Source: Lama guanicoe
Lineage: Eukaryota
Length of the DNA: 64,000 nt
Assembly: GCA_013239625.1 (NCBI GenBank)
Contig: MU054323.1
Location: forward strand, 6,375,220-6,439,219
Direction: 5' to 3'
Made by a program: the position numbers and the translations under genes. Below the pieces are notes generated by a model. It made no database searches, was not told the origin of the DNA, and saw nothing but the letters and a program-made list of their open reading frames with translations. This document shows, piece after piece, positions 1 to 13,000 of the stretch (its first letter is position 1; every line of letters begins with the position of its first letter).

Positions 1-230
1 AGGCTGGGGTCTGCGGCCCGCCACCGCCCCGGGGGCCTCTGGCTGCTACTGCCGCGGCTGGAACCACTCGGTTACCCACTACTGCTGATTTCCCAGGTTT
101 CCGCTACTGCTCCGCTTCCCTGCCCTGCTGGGTGAGCTCTGGAAACAGGGGAAACGACATGCTTTGGGGTCTCTTCTGCTCGGGGCAGCCCCCTTCTAGC
201 GCGCTTGCCGCCGGGCCTCTTGTCTGGCAG
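1..230. promoter_or_regulatory. 3' tail of the FKBP1B CpG island (start of intron 1; exon 1 is upstream of the window)
   Basis: GC/CpG-rich start (ctgcggcccgccaccgccccggggg). The first FKBP1B exon in the window begins in phase 1 at Gly13, so exon 1 is missing. Confidence 0.7.
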
Positions 231-1244
231 CCCTCTAAGATCTGGGCGGTGAGAAGCTGTAAGGACAGAGCCAGTCTGGAAAGGGAGAACTCCCTCTCCT
301 GCCTCCGCATCTTGCTTTATCCTTCCTGCCCCACTCAGCTTCTCCGGCCATCCTGTCCACTCCCATGACTTTCATTATGGGCTTCAAACCGATGGCCTCC
401 AAACTTAAGCCTCCAGCCCAGACCTCCAATCTGAGTTCACGGTGGTCCATTTATCCAGCTTCTGCTCAACCTCTACCTGGACATCCCGCGGATCCCTCAA
501 AGTCAGCAAGTCCAAAACAGAACTCATGCTCCTCTGCTTCCCCACGCTCAAGCGCTCCTCTGTGTTCCCTGTTTCCTGCCTCAGGATTGGCACCACTCAC
601 TTTCCCAAGCCAGATATTACAGGCGTTCCCCTTGTGTAACTGAATCTGGATGTGCAAGGAGTAGCTATTTCTTTATTTCTTAAATCAACAGTAATTCAGA
701 CTGGAGCCCCCATTTCTGCAGAATTTGACAGGCAAACTGCATGTCAGACATTATTGACACCCCCCACAGGAAATTGGGGGGGTTTTTGGTTCCAGGCCAC
801 CCTCCTTGAAGAAAAGCACTGGTCTCTGGAAGCCCCAGCCACAGCCTTGGATCACCCAGGAAGTATAGGCTTCTTTTTCCATGCTGGGAACCATGGTTCT
901 GGGTCCCAGGAAACATCTCCCTGAGGCCTTGTCACCCACCCCAGGACACTGCCATAGAGTTCTGCCGGAGGCCTGGAGGCCTCTTCTCCCTTCTCTGGCT
1001 TACAGAAGCCTTTAGAGTTTCTTCTTTTCTAAGGACAAGGGGCATTTTCTCTTGAAGGGGATCATATTTTTAGGGAAAGCCTGAAGGAGCTTTGGCCTTC
1101 TGCTTTTAGGTCAGTCTAAACCTCTGAGTCAAGGAAGCACAAAAGGGCCAGCTACCGTGCTGTATCCCAGAAGGGGGATGTACCAATTAATATTTCGACA
1201 GCTATGCTCTTGTATTCAGGATGACTGTCTTGACTGGACCCACA

Positions 1245-2890
1245 CCAAATCCTGCCAAGTTCTCTTGCTGAGTATCTCTAAGGCTCCATCTCCTCAGTCC
1301 CTGCCCTAGTTCAGGCCACCGTCATCTCTCACTGGGATTTCTGCAGTCTCTAAACTGGTCTCCTCACCTCCAGTCTCAGCCCCTGGCCTTGCATCTGGCC
1401 TCCCACCTCACCCCCACTGTTTTCCCCATCACAGCCTGAGGATTCTTTAAAGTGCATATTTGACCATGCCCCTCGCTAGGCATAAAATGTTTTAATGAAT
1501 CTTCCATCTCTTTCTCTAGGCAGACAGTGATATAGCCTCCTGTTACCTTTTACACTAGAGCCTGATCTCTACCAGTCCCTACCCCCACCACCAACTTTTC
1601 CTCTGGTTTTATTGAGCTGTCTGCAAGTTGTTAAATACACCAGTCATTCAGCAAATATTTATTGAACATATACTGTGTTCTAGGCCCTGGGGTTACAGCA
1701 GGGAACCAGATGGACTCCCACTACTGCTCAACTTGAGGCCTTTGAACATGTGGCTCACTCTTCCCAGATTATCTCCTTTACTTCCTCTGGCAAACTACTC
1801 ATCTTTAAAGACTCAGTTTAACCATTATCTCCTCTCAGATACTTTACCTGACACTCTGTCAGTTGCTCCTGCCTCTGGGCCCCCATCTAAATATTGGCTC
1901 AGCTGTTAGCCCTCCCAAGGCTTTTTTATCCAGCCCCATGGCTTTAAATCCCACCCAAATTTATACCTCCAGTGCAGACTTTCCCTCTGCCTATTTGCAA
2001 TATAAACTCAGATGTCTAATAGGCATCTTAAGATTGCCGCCCACACAAATCTGTTCCTCCTCAGTCCTCCCCATCTCAGGAATTAGCTCCTCCATCCTTC
2101 TTGTCGCCCAGATGTAAAACCCAAGCATCGTGCTTGTTTTTTCCTTCACCCTATCCTGGATCCCATCTCCAAGCCATTAGCATGCCTTGTCAGCTCTGAT
2201 GCCAAAATATATCTCCCATCTATTTTACTCTCTTCTCTGCTGCCAACCACGTTAATTCAAGCCATCATTGATTTTCTGTCTGGGTTACTGCAACAGGCGC
2301 CTAACTGTCCATCCTACATACAGCAGCCAGAGTGATCTTATAAAATCTTAATTTAGATTATGTCATTGTCTTGCTTAAAACCCTCTAGTGGCTTCCTGTT
2401 CCACTTAGAATTAAACCCAGCTCTGCAAGGCCCTGTATGATCCGGCTCTTTCCCACTTGTCTCCACCTTCTTCCATCTTTCCAGTCTTCTAGGTTCCTTT
2501 CTGTTTTGCAAATGCACTGATCCATTCCTGCCTCATGGTTTGTGCACTTGCTGCTCCCTCTTCCTGCAGTGCTTTTCCCAGCATATTGCTCATCATTCAA
2601 ATCTCAGCTCAAATGTCATCTTCTCTGAGAGGCTGCCCCGGACCACCCATTCTAAAATGGCCTATCCCACTAAATCTCTGCCTAATTCATCATTCTGTTT
2701 ATTTTCTTTAGAGAACTTATCACTATCTATGTTGTCTCGTTTATTTGAGTATTGTTTGTTTCCCTCCATTAGAATGTAAACTCCAAAAGAGTAGGGATCT
2801 TGTCTGTATGATTTACTGGTATATCCTGAGATCAGGCCCAGGTCTTGCATATAGTAGTTATGCAGTAAACATTTGTGAATGATTGTATTT
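1245..2890 (+). mobile_element. Fragmented ancient LINE-2 remnants
   Basis: L2-typical motifs (caagccatcattg...gagtgatctt...aaaaccctctagtggcttcc) and a 3' end tagaatgtaaactcc...aaacatttgtgaatga. Confidence 0.7.
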
Positions 2891-3315
2891 ATTCATTCTT
2901 GAGAGCAGTCATCACCCTGCATTATAGTCTATTATTTATGTGTCTGTGTCCCAAACTTCATGAGTTCATAGATTGCTCTGTGTCTCTGGAATCTAGTCCA
3001 GGCCTGGCAGAGAGCAGGCTGTCAGAAATGCTCATGGAATTGATGAAGGGAAGTAAAAAGAGCAATCAAAGAAATGAAAAGAACCAGCAGAGAGTGGAGT
3101 TGAGGAACCCAAGGGAATAAAATTCAAATCAAGGACTGAGAGGTGAAGTGACTAATCTGGCTCATACAAAGCAAGAGCCAGACCTGGAGCCATGGGCATC
3201 TCCATGGTATGGAGAGGAATGTGGGTCATAGGTCTTGGTCACATCACACCTGAAATGTTCCAGGTGACTTTTCCCTATATGCTGTTCATTCATCTGCCCT
3301 AATGTCTCCTTGCAG

Positions 3316-3363
3316 GAAGGACATTCCCCAAGAAGGGCCAGACGTGTGTGGTGCACTACACAG
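3316..3363 (+). CDS. FKBP1B: FKBP12.6 peptidyl-prolyl isomerase, exon 2 ((G)RTFPKKGQTCVVHYT)
   Basis: ttgcag|GAAGG...ACAG|gtaggc, 48 nt; translation matches FKBP12.6. Confidence 0.97.
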
Positions 3364-3887
3364 GTAGGCCTCGCTCCCTTAGCCCTCATCCAGACCTGCT
3401 CCTCCCCAGGCAGGTCTCTCCTCTGACACTCCTCTCCAATGGTATCTTCCCTGCTGGATCAGGCCCAAGGCCTAAGGCAGCCAAGTCTCCTTCTGACCAG
3501 CTGTCCCTCCCATTCCTCCCAGTCAGCCTTGAGGAGATGAGAAAGGGGGCTTACAAGATTAACCCCTTCCCACTTAGACCAGCAAGAGCCATCATGGTGC
3601 TAGCCTCTAACTGAGCCAGCCACCTCCACTCCCCTTTTGTCTGTTGCAGGCAGGGTGGAGCCCTGGCCCTCCTGGTTCTGTCTAGTACTTGGAAATTCCT
3701 CTTACAGCTCTGAGGGCCCTGACCCTCCTTATAGACTCCCTTTTCATCCAACAGTGTTTATTCTAGAAGAGGAATTTGGCTTCCTTAGAATTTCCTTTCT
3801 TTTTTCAGAAATAGACTATTCAATTCAGCCTACTGCTATTGAGCACCTATTGTGTGCAAGATTCTGTTCTAGGCATTGGACACATGC

Positions 3888-3921
3888 CGCGTGCGCGCGC
3901 ACACACACACACACACACATG
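3888..3921. repeat. (CG)n/(CA)n alternating purine-pyrimidine microsatellite
   Basis: cgcgtgcgcgcgcacacacacacacacacacatg. Confidence 0.9.
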
Positions 3922-4659
3922 AATCCCTACCTTCACGGGGGCTGTGGGGGTTGGAGAAAGGCAGACAAGTCAACCGGAGGCTCTGACGCCATGTGAGGGA
4001 TGGGTGATGGCAGTGCTTGCCTCAAGGTGCTGTGGGAGCCAGAGGAGGGCCCCACATCTCTGCTCAGCCCTCTGGGGTGATCTGGATTGGAAGGCCAGGT
4101 GGGCTGAGGAACATTCTAGATGAAGTTCCTGAGGACGGCTGGCAGGAAGATCATGAGCAGGTGTTTGTTCCAAGGCGGGTGAGTGTTCTGCCTTGTGACT
4201 TGCTTCCCAATGTGGCAAACCTGGTGACAGCCACTTAGCAGAAAGCAAGGCCAGTTTAATTCCTAGGACATATTCAGATGGGGCCATTTTTAGCAATTCT
4301 CTGGGCCAGGGTGAAGTGCCAGGTTAATTCTAGGCAGACGGTGTGGGTATTTCTCAATAGCTGTGTTGCCAGTCGCTGACGTCAGCGGGCTAGAGCTGTG
4401 TTTTATCTCCCGGTGATGTGGCCTAATTACCATGAGTCTTCTGGGGCCTCTGACCTGTGTAATTGATTTATCTGTTCTACATGTTGCAGACAGACCAGTA
4501 CTTATCAAGTTACTGAAACCACAACATCCTTTTGAAAAGAGTTTTCACAATACAGAAGGCAATGTGCATTAAACACTGACATCAGCCATGAGTGGCTCTG
4601 GTCTGGGGAGGGACTGTCTTATCAAACCCAACAGGAGACTGTATGGGATTTTTTGCTAA

Positions 4660-5950
4660 ACTTTTAAATTATATATAAATACAGCAGAGAACATAACTCT
4701 AAGATTTGCAGTTCAGTGAAATTTTTCAAAAGTGATCACACTTATATAACCATCCTTTAGATCATCATAGACATTTCCAGCAGCCCCAGGAGTCTCCCTC
4801 ATGCCTCCTCCTAGGCATTACACCTCCCTAAAGGAACCAGCCTTCTAACATTTTGTCCCTATGCATTAGTTTTGCCTACTTTTGCACTTCATATAAACGG
4901 AATCGTAGAGTAGGTAATCTTTTGGATTTGGCTTATTTCACTTATTATATTACTTACTTCACTTTTTATACCTGTGAGATTTATCCGGGGTAGTTTGCTG
5001 CTCTTTTTTATTCCTGTATAAGTCATTGTTTGAGTATATAGTTTATCATCTCTGCAGTTGATGAACATTTGGTTTGCTGCTGGATTTTAGCTATTAGGAG
5101 TAGTGATGCTTTGAACAGTCTTGTAGATGCCTTTTGGTACACATATGTATACATTTTGGTTGGCTTTATACCCAGAAGTGGAATTGCTGGGGCACAGGGT
5201 TCTCTCTGTGCTCAGCCTTCCAATTTCCACTGCCACCAGCAACGTACGACAGTGCCAGTTCTCCTACAGCCTCATCAACACTTGGTATTGTCAGGTTTCT
5301 GGCCCACTCTGGTGGGTGCTCAGGGTATCTCATTGTGGTTTTGATTTGCACTGCCCTGATGATTAATGAAGTTGAGTACCTTTTCATGTGCTTACTGGCC
5401 ATCCGGATAGCCTCTTGAGTATGCCCAAATTTTGTCCACTTAAAAAAAAATTAGGTTGTCTGTCTTTTTCTTACTGATTTGTAGGAGTTTATTATGTATT
5501 CTGGATATGAGTCTTTCGTTGGTTATACCTATTCCAAACATCTCCCATGCTATGGCTTGCCTTTTTACTCTTATTGGCATCTTTTGAACAGAAATTCTTA
5601 ATTTTAATGAAGTTCTACATATCAGTCTTTTCTTTTATAGTTAGTACTTTTGTGTTCAGTTCAGAAATCTTTATCTATTCCTAGGTCAGGAAGATATTAT
5701 TCTGTTTAGTATTTTATAGAGGCTTTATTATTTTATGTTTCATATTTAGGTCTGTGATTCATCTGGAATTGATTTTTTTTATGTGTAGGTGAGACAGGAG
5801 GGATAGGTTCATTTTTTCCCCATAGGCATATATAGCTGATCCAGCAAAATTCATTAAAGAAAAAAAAATTCATCCTTTTTCCATTGCATTGCAGTGGCAC
5901 CTTTGCAAATCAGGTCACCATATATCTTTGGGTGTGTTTCTGGACTGCAT
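4660..5950 (-). mobile_element. Old L1M 3' fragment
   Basis: Antisense L1 motifs (ctcattgtggttttgatttgcac, tacccagaagtggaattgctgg); decayed ORF2 C-terminus (MKRYSTSLIIRAVQIKTTMRY). Confidence 0.85.
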
Positions 5951-6054
5951 GGTTTTGGCTGAACCTGCAGCAGTAGATAACTGTATATGGTCTGAAGTAG
6001 ATTAAGTCATCTGAAACCTGAAGAAATTAGAGAATGAGAAAGCTAATCTTTAAA

Positions 6055-6325
6055 TGGTTTGTGTGAATGTGTGAGTGAGTGTGTTTGTGTGCATATCCAT
6101 ATGTATATTTGTACAAGTATGTGTCTGTGAATGTTATTATATCTGTGTATCTAAATATTTTCATAGCATCTGTTTGGCCATCGGGGTTTTCTGAGTGCAT
6201 GTGCATAAGTGCACGTGAGCATGCATGCGCATCTCTGAATATCTTAGCAACCTGTGTGTATGCGTGAGTTTGTATTTGATCTCCCATATTTGATACGGAA
6301 GTATCCATCTGTGTGTATCTTCATG
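6055..6325. repeat. Degenerate (TG/TA)-rich simple repeat
   Basis: gtgtgaatgtgtgagtgagtgtgtttgtgtgcatatccatatgtatat... Confidence 0.7.
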
Positions 6326-7416
6326 TAGCCATTGGGTTTTCTCCCTTGCCTGATTTAGTACTCAGGGCAAGAGCCCAATTTATTCTGTCCCAAAAGTAGG
6401 TAAATAAGAATGTCTCTTGTATACATTTAAGTTGTAGGAATTACGAAGTGGGATCACAGATGCTCAGATACTAAGCAGGCCCAGACTTCTCATGTTAAAC
6501 GTGGCAAATCTGAGGCTATAAGGGATGTGATTCGCCTAACTTCACACAATGAGTTAGTGCCAGAGTGAAGCCAGAATCTAGTCTCTGAACTTACAGACCA
6601 GGCCTTTTTCTGGTCCCAAATTTCCTTCTGTTGTGGTGCGTGGGCCACAAGAAGTGAATAGCATCATTTACAGTTCTGCTCTTTGAGCTAAAGACACCAA
6701 TTAGAATTGAAATAGAAGAGCAGCTCTTGAGTTTTGGCAGTGGGACTGAGACAACACATGTACATCAGGAATGACAAGGTATCTGTGGCTGGAGGCTGAG
6801 AGATGTTCCCAACTGCTGAAGACAACTCGGGGTGATCTGGGTTCGAACAGCCCTTTTGAATGGGGTCTGGAGGCCACCGCTGACTGGCTAGGTCACTTTA
6901 TTCTGTTCACTGCAGTAAAGGATCATACGACCTTTGCATTTTACATGTTGGGGGAACCTTGGGAAAACCAGGTTTCAAACTCAATCTGAGATTGAAATGC
7001 CTGGGAAAACAGACCTTCAGGCTAAAGGAAGTGGTATGAGAAAAGTTGTAACCTGCAGAAGTATTTGAGAAAGGTGTGACCTGAATAGGACAGGGAAAGG
7101 AAAAAAAGGGGAGGGCAGAGAGAAGCTTATCAGGCAGACAGTAGCCAGATCTTGAAGTGCCTGGATACAAGGTAGGTGTTTGGATTCTGCCATGGGGAGT
7201 TACTGAAGCATTTTAAGCAAGGGAGTAATATGATCAGGTATGTGTTTAAAAAAAAAACAAAACCAAAAAACCAGAAATTCTGGGTGCAGTGTGGAGAATG
7301 GAATGGAGGAGTAAGAGCAGAGCAAAAAGACCAGGTAGAGGTGGTTCCCGTACACAGGTGAGACATGATGGCTTGATGAGGCCTCAGGGTGGCGGTAATA
7401 GAAATGGAGAAAATAG

Positions 7417-7547
7417 GAGGGGAGAGTATAGCTCAAGTGGTAGAGCACATGCTTAGCATGCACAAGGTCTCTGGGTTCAATCCCCAGTACCTCCTCTAAA
7501 AATAAATAAACCTAATTACCTTCCCCCACATTCCCCCCCCAAAAAAT
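7417..7547 (+). mobile_element. Camelid-type tRNA-derived SINE with a 15-bp target-site duplication (TSD)
   Basis: A box TAGCTCAAGTGG, B box GGTTCAATCC, A-rich tail; TSD aaatggagaaaatag at 7402-7416 and 7548-7562. Confidence 0.92.
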
Positions 7548-7724
7548 AAATGGAGAAAATAGTTGAACTCCAAAGACATAATAGGACTTGGTGATAGGCT
7601 ATATGTGAAAGTATCCAGGTTTCTCATTTGGCCAACAGGATGGATGGGGAGGATGGGAAAACGAGCAGGTTTGTGCAGAGTAGGAGTTCCATTTCTGACA
7701 TGTTGAACCTGTTTTGGGAGTTAA

Positions 7725-7886
<162 letters not shown>

Positions 7887-8951
7887 TGAGGATCCTTGTT
7901 AAGGGGGATTTGAGGTGCTGAGGGCCTGGGCTCAGCACTCGGCCCACCACCTTCACCCTATCACAGACCACTACTACTTTGACTCTACTGCTAGGGCATG
8001 GTGATGCCACTTAGTTTCAGTCCTGGCCTTGTGTCCCCACCCCTTTGATTACCAGCATGATTCCTTTGTGTCACTGGGGGCTCTCATCCCAAGCACATCT
8101 CCCTAGCTAGTTCTAAGCAAGCCTGTGAGCTACCAGCTGTTCGGGACTGAGGCAGCAGAAGAGTTGGGGTGGGGTAGGCCAAAGTGTATCTTTTTTAAAA
8201 CTTAAAAAACAGCAACAACAACTTCAGACTTGAAAAAAACATTGCAGACCTAGTAGTGTTCCCATATACTCTTTCTCCAGCTTCCCCAAATGTGAATGTT
8301 TTACACAACCATAGTACAATGATCAAAACCAGGACATTAATATTGATACAATACTATTAACCAATCAATTCAAATCTTTGAATTGGTTATTCAAAATTTT
8401 TAAATGGATTGTTCAAATTTCACCAATTGTCCCACTAATGCCAGACGGGTTCTTGAGGACTGCTGTGATGAGCCCTAGTTCAAACTCTTCTTCCTTGATC
8501 CATGAAGGCATATGATGGTCCTCGCTGTGGCCTCTAATCTCTAAACCTCTCTAATGAGCTGCTCTTGTTACCTACTTGAGTATATACATGTACGTGTGTT
8601 CTTTATACACTGTCCTTAGGCTTCTTTGGAAGGTGAGGAACAATTATGAACAAATAGAAGTCTTTGGGCCATACGCCAGTTGAATAACCAGCAAAATTTA
8701 CTGGATGAATGAATTTGAGACAACTTTGTAGAAGTTACTCTCCCACAGTCAAGTCTCTGCTAGTCTAAGGCAGAATCTGCATTTGTTACAGCTTTTAGCA
8801 TCATTTCAGTGTGCCACATATAAAATGTATCTCAGATCTTCAGAGTTATCATGAGGATGGTTTGGGAAAATGCCATAGTTATCTTACTTTTTTCTTTTAA
8901 ATCAAGCTGGGTCCTCTTTCTCCTCTCCCCATCTGCCCCTATCCCTGCTAG

Positions 8952-9080
<129 letters not shown>

Positions 9081-9532
9081 AGGCAGGAACTCAAGGTGGC
9101 TGGAGACGGCTGCTGCTCACCCTCCTAGCCTGCTCTGCCACTGGGACGGCTCCTCCTGCTTGGGGCTCTTGATCAGTGTGCTAACCTCACTGCCCCACAG
9201 CATTATCCATTCTCTCAGCCCAAGGTTCTGTATGTGTTCCATCATTGTCCACGCACATCTTTGCTTGAGGAAACTTTGGTTGCAGATTGAAATGTTTCAG
9301 GTTGTGCATTTTGCGTGATGCATGTAGTAGCCATTCCTGATCACAGAACACAGATTTCTTGTTCGCACAATCTACACTGCCTTACCTTTACTTAAGCCAG
9401 ACACACAAGGTGCTCAGACATGAAATGTACTTGGTGTACACAGAGGGACTTGAGCCAGTTACCTTTGCCGTCACTTTCTCTCTCGGAAATTCTGCTGACT
9501 TAAACAATGTCCTCTTTGGAAACGATATGTAA

Positions 9533-9538
9533 AATAAA
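9533..9538 (+). terminator. FKBP1B polyadenylation signal AATAAA
   Basis: First AATAAA after the stop codon, about 450 nt into the 3' UTR. Confidence 0.8.
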
Positions 9539-9664
9539 GGCTCTATGCTTGACAAATTCCTGTCCCTCCTTATTGAAGGTAGGAAGTGCTTTAAGGACCA
9601 CACAAACCCGTTGCCCTTGGAAAAAACAGTGGAAAGGAGTAGCCAGGAGAGTGATAATACAATA

Positions 9665-10082
9665 CAGGTTTCTCCTGCTTTCCTAAAGTAGAAAGTAGAA
9701 TGTTCCTATGAAACCTTTCGTAAGCTGAAATGGTATAAAGTGAAGAAGCAATTACTTTAGGACACATCTTGCTAGGATGCACAAAGTAAATTCAGATAAA
9801 AGCACAGATGCTCACAGACAACACAGTTTAAAGCTATGACGGTTAATGCTGAGGTGTTAAGTGTAGTTCCAGGGGATGGAGGTTGGTGGTGGCAGTCTCA
9901 CTGCTCCTGCTTCATGCTGCCTCTATAAAAGGCTCTGAACAGTATTTTCGCTTTTCACCTTTTTTCATAAAGGCAAAAATCCTCTCCAGATTTCTTCTGT
10001 GTAGCAAAAACAGGTACTCATGAAGGTCTTTCCTAAAAGTGAAGTGGTGTGAAGGGAACTTTCGAAAAACAGTAGACACCTG
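9665..10082. mobile_element. TcMar-Tigger non-autonomous element (MER82-like)
   Basis: TA|CAGGT...ACCTG|TA: terminal inverted repeats with a TA TSD. Confidence 0.75.
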
Positions 10083-13000
10083 TAGCTCTGATGTACCCAA
10101 TACATGCTGGACCTTGTTCTATTTTTAATTTCTTCTAATTTATTTCTAATTTTTAAATAAAATTACCACCAACCCTCTAAGCAGCCCTATAAGGTAGGTA
10201 TTACTTGCCACTCATCTCACAATTCTGAATTTAACTGAATATTGTGTTCAAATCCCATAGCTTCGCAATCAAATGTGGCATGTGAGCACTTTTGGTGACT
10301 GATCATGAAATTTGGACTGAAGAGTAAGAGGGATGAATTCCCCTCTTAGAAAAGTACACTTTGTGCACCTAAACAAATGAAGGATTTGAGTCATACACTA
10401 ACTCACTTTGGGAAGTTACTTCTGAAAAGAAATGTGTGCTTGCTTTCATCTAGATTTGCTCTAACTTTACATTGGGGAATTACTTCTGAGAAGAATCTAT
10501 GATTCTGAACTTGTTTCTACATATACTGCTTATTTTCATCTACATTTACTGTAACTCACAGGAATTTTCAGTTGGGTTTTAAAATCAGCCCATTTATTGA
10601 TATGGGTTATGTGTATGTCAGAGGAGCCTGCGGCAGTGTGGCTAAGAGATTTTTCTTTTAGTTGGCACGAGTGAGAAAAGCTCTTGGGCATTGTCAGGGT
10701 TGTTCTATCAGTGATGACTTGGAATTGTTTCAAGAATAAGAAGGAAGGGACTGGTAATAGGTACTATTAGGTTCCTTCATAGACTCATTGATAGCATGTC
10801 ACATGATGTCATATATACAATATGGGGCCCCATTATCTTGGCTAGTTTATCTATCTCTTTTGTCTCCAAGAGTCCTGGCTGTTTCCCTGCTGAGAACTGA
10901 GTTAATGAAGAGGCAGTGCTGTAAGACGGAGAAAGTCAAATGAGAAAGGGGCTGCTGTGCTTTTAATCATCAGTCCCTGTGCTCACCTCTATGGCAGGAC
11001 CACAGGGTGCTATTATATTTATTCCTTTCTGGGGGGTTTCCTTCAGAGTATCTTGGTTCCTAGCTATCCTCAGTGATACAAAAGTCTTAATAATTTCTCA
11101 GAACTCAGCCTGTATAAAAGATAGTCACACACACAAAAAAAGACAAGTCACGTTTTCTGCTGTGATACCAATAGGATAACTAAAAATAGCACCAAGGACC
11201 ATTTCAGGTGCTCATTATGGAGTCACAGAAAAGATCTCCGTCTAGAGTTTACAGCTAAGGTGATAATAAGAGATACTAAGAAGAGGGGGAAAAAAGTAAA
11301 TACCTACCAGCTAGCACCTGAAGAGGCTATAATGCTAGGGTTTGCAGGCCCTGCTTTACTGACATTCTTAAAAGGTAACGCAGAAAATCATGATGCAGTA
11401 TGACAAGATTTTGGGCATTGTCCTATGGGAGCCACTGAAAGTTGTTAAGCAAGAGAGTGATAATGAGATATATGTCCTATCACTCGTTTTCAAACTTTGG
11501 TCAATGAATTCTCCATTCATACAAAACCCTTCTTAGAAACTTGCAATTTAACCTAGATGAATGTAAAGCAGTTCTGGCACACATGTGTATGCACATACAT
11601 ACACATGGCCACAATCATTCCCTGTTCTCTTAAAAGCAGTTTGGGAAACTGACCCTTTAATGCCTGGTGCAGAGGACCAGTTGTAACTGTGTCTTCAGCA
11701 TTAGTACCCACAGACGTGGCACAGAGGAAAGGCTCAGTATTTGTCCACTGCTTTAAAGTTCTTGTAACCTAACTGGGACAGGCTACAACATTTCTGAACA
11801 ACTAGAGGGCATTTTTTAAAGTCTTAACTTTAGGTCATGAAATTCACCTAAAAGATATGTATTTATTAATCCAAATGATGGGTCAGCTGTAACTGCCAAT
11901 AGAAGGAATTGCCCCTTGTTATTAATTTGAAACAACTATACTAGAAGAAGCAAGTCAGTCTGCCACTTCAGACAAATCACACTATAAATAAGTCTAATTT
12001 GTTTTCCCTTACAAAAAGGTCTTTTAAAAAATTCTTTCTACATTTGTAAATACCTAAAAGTACACTGTGCATTACAAAAACTAATAAGGAACTCATAAAA
12101 GCAGTCACAAGAAAATTACAGCTGTGGGTTTGTCATATGCCTGCTCTTCTTAGAAATGACTCCTTCTGCTCTTTTTACAGTGCTTTCAAAAAGCACTCAG
12201 ACATAACTAATAAATAAGACAATTATTTCTTCATTTTCAATAGTAGGCTTTGTGAAGACAGTACAAAAAGTATAAAATAGCCCATTTTCTTGAAGTAATG
12301 ATAGATTTCAAAGCTAAATTTAAAAGTAGAATAGGCTTTGTCCATTTAAATGATTCACTGCTTGTACCTTTCAAATTGATTTTGGGTTATAGTTATATAC
12401 AAAACAATTAGTCCGTGTTTTTCCATTTGGCCCATGCCTAAACCATAAAAAGAAAATTACAGCTATCTCCTCCAAGCTGCCGAGCTATGACAAACGTGGT
12501 AATAACCACACTATTTCCACGCCATGGGAGTCTGTGATTATAAGAATAAGCATTAAGTAATTTATTTATAGCAAAGATATACTATGAGCTAAGGTCCAAA
12601 ATATACACAGACATTTATTAATTAAAGGGAAAGACTACATAAATACATCTTAGACATGCAGCAACCAATACCACGCCCCAAGCAGCTAGCTGTCACATTT
12701 CTAACAGTGGTATCATCTGAATGACCATTTCTAGAATACACCTCTAACGACAAGGGTACCCATACTGACAAACGTGCTTTGTTAACTGTAAAGCAAGTAC
12801 TATTCAAATGTACTCACGTGGCTAATAACAAGTTGATGTTGAAAAGCAACTTTTATGTAAGCATTTTATTCATTTATCCAACATGATAAACTTTGGTTTC
12901 CTTGTCTGCAAAATGGAGATACTTACCTTTACTGAGTTGTTACAGAGATTTTATTATTAATAGACATTTATAAATAATAATATTCTAACAAGTTCCTCTG

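Noticed and set aside
7424..7495. tRNA-like sequences with A and B boxes (also near 29760, 48170 and 55850)
   Set aside because: They have A-rich tails, TSDs and mutual divergence, so they are SINEs rather than tRNA genes.
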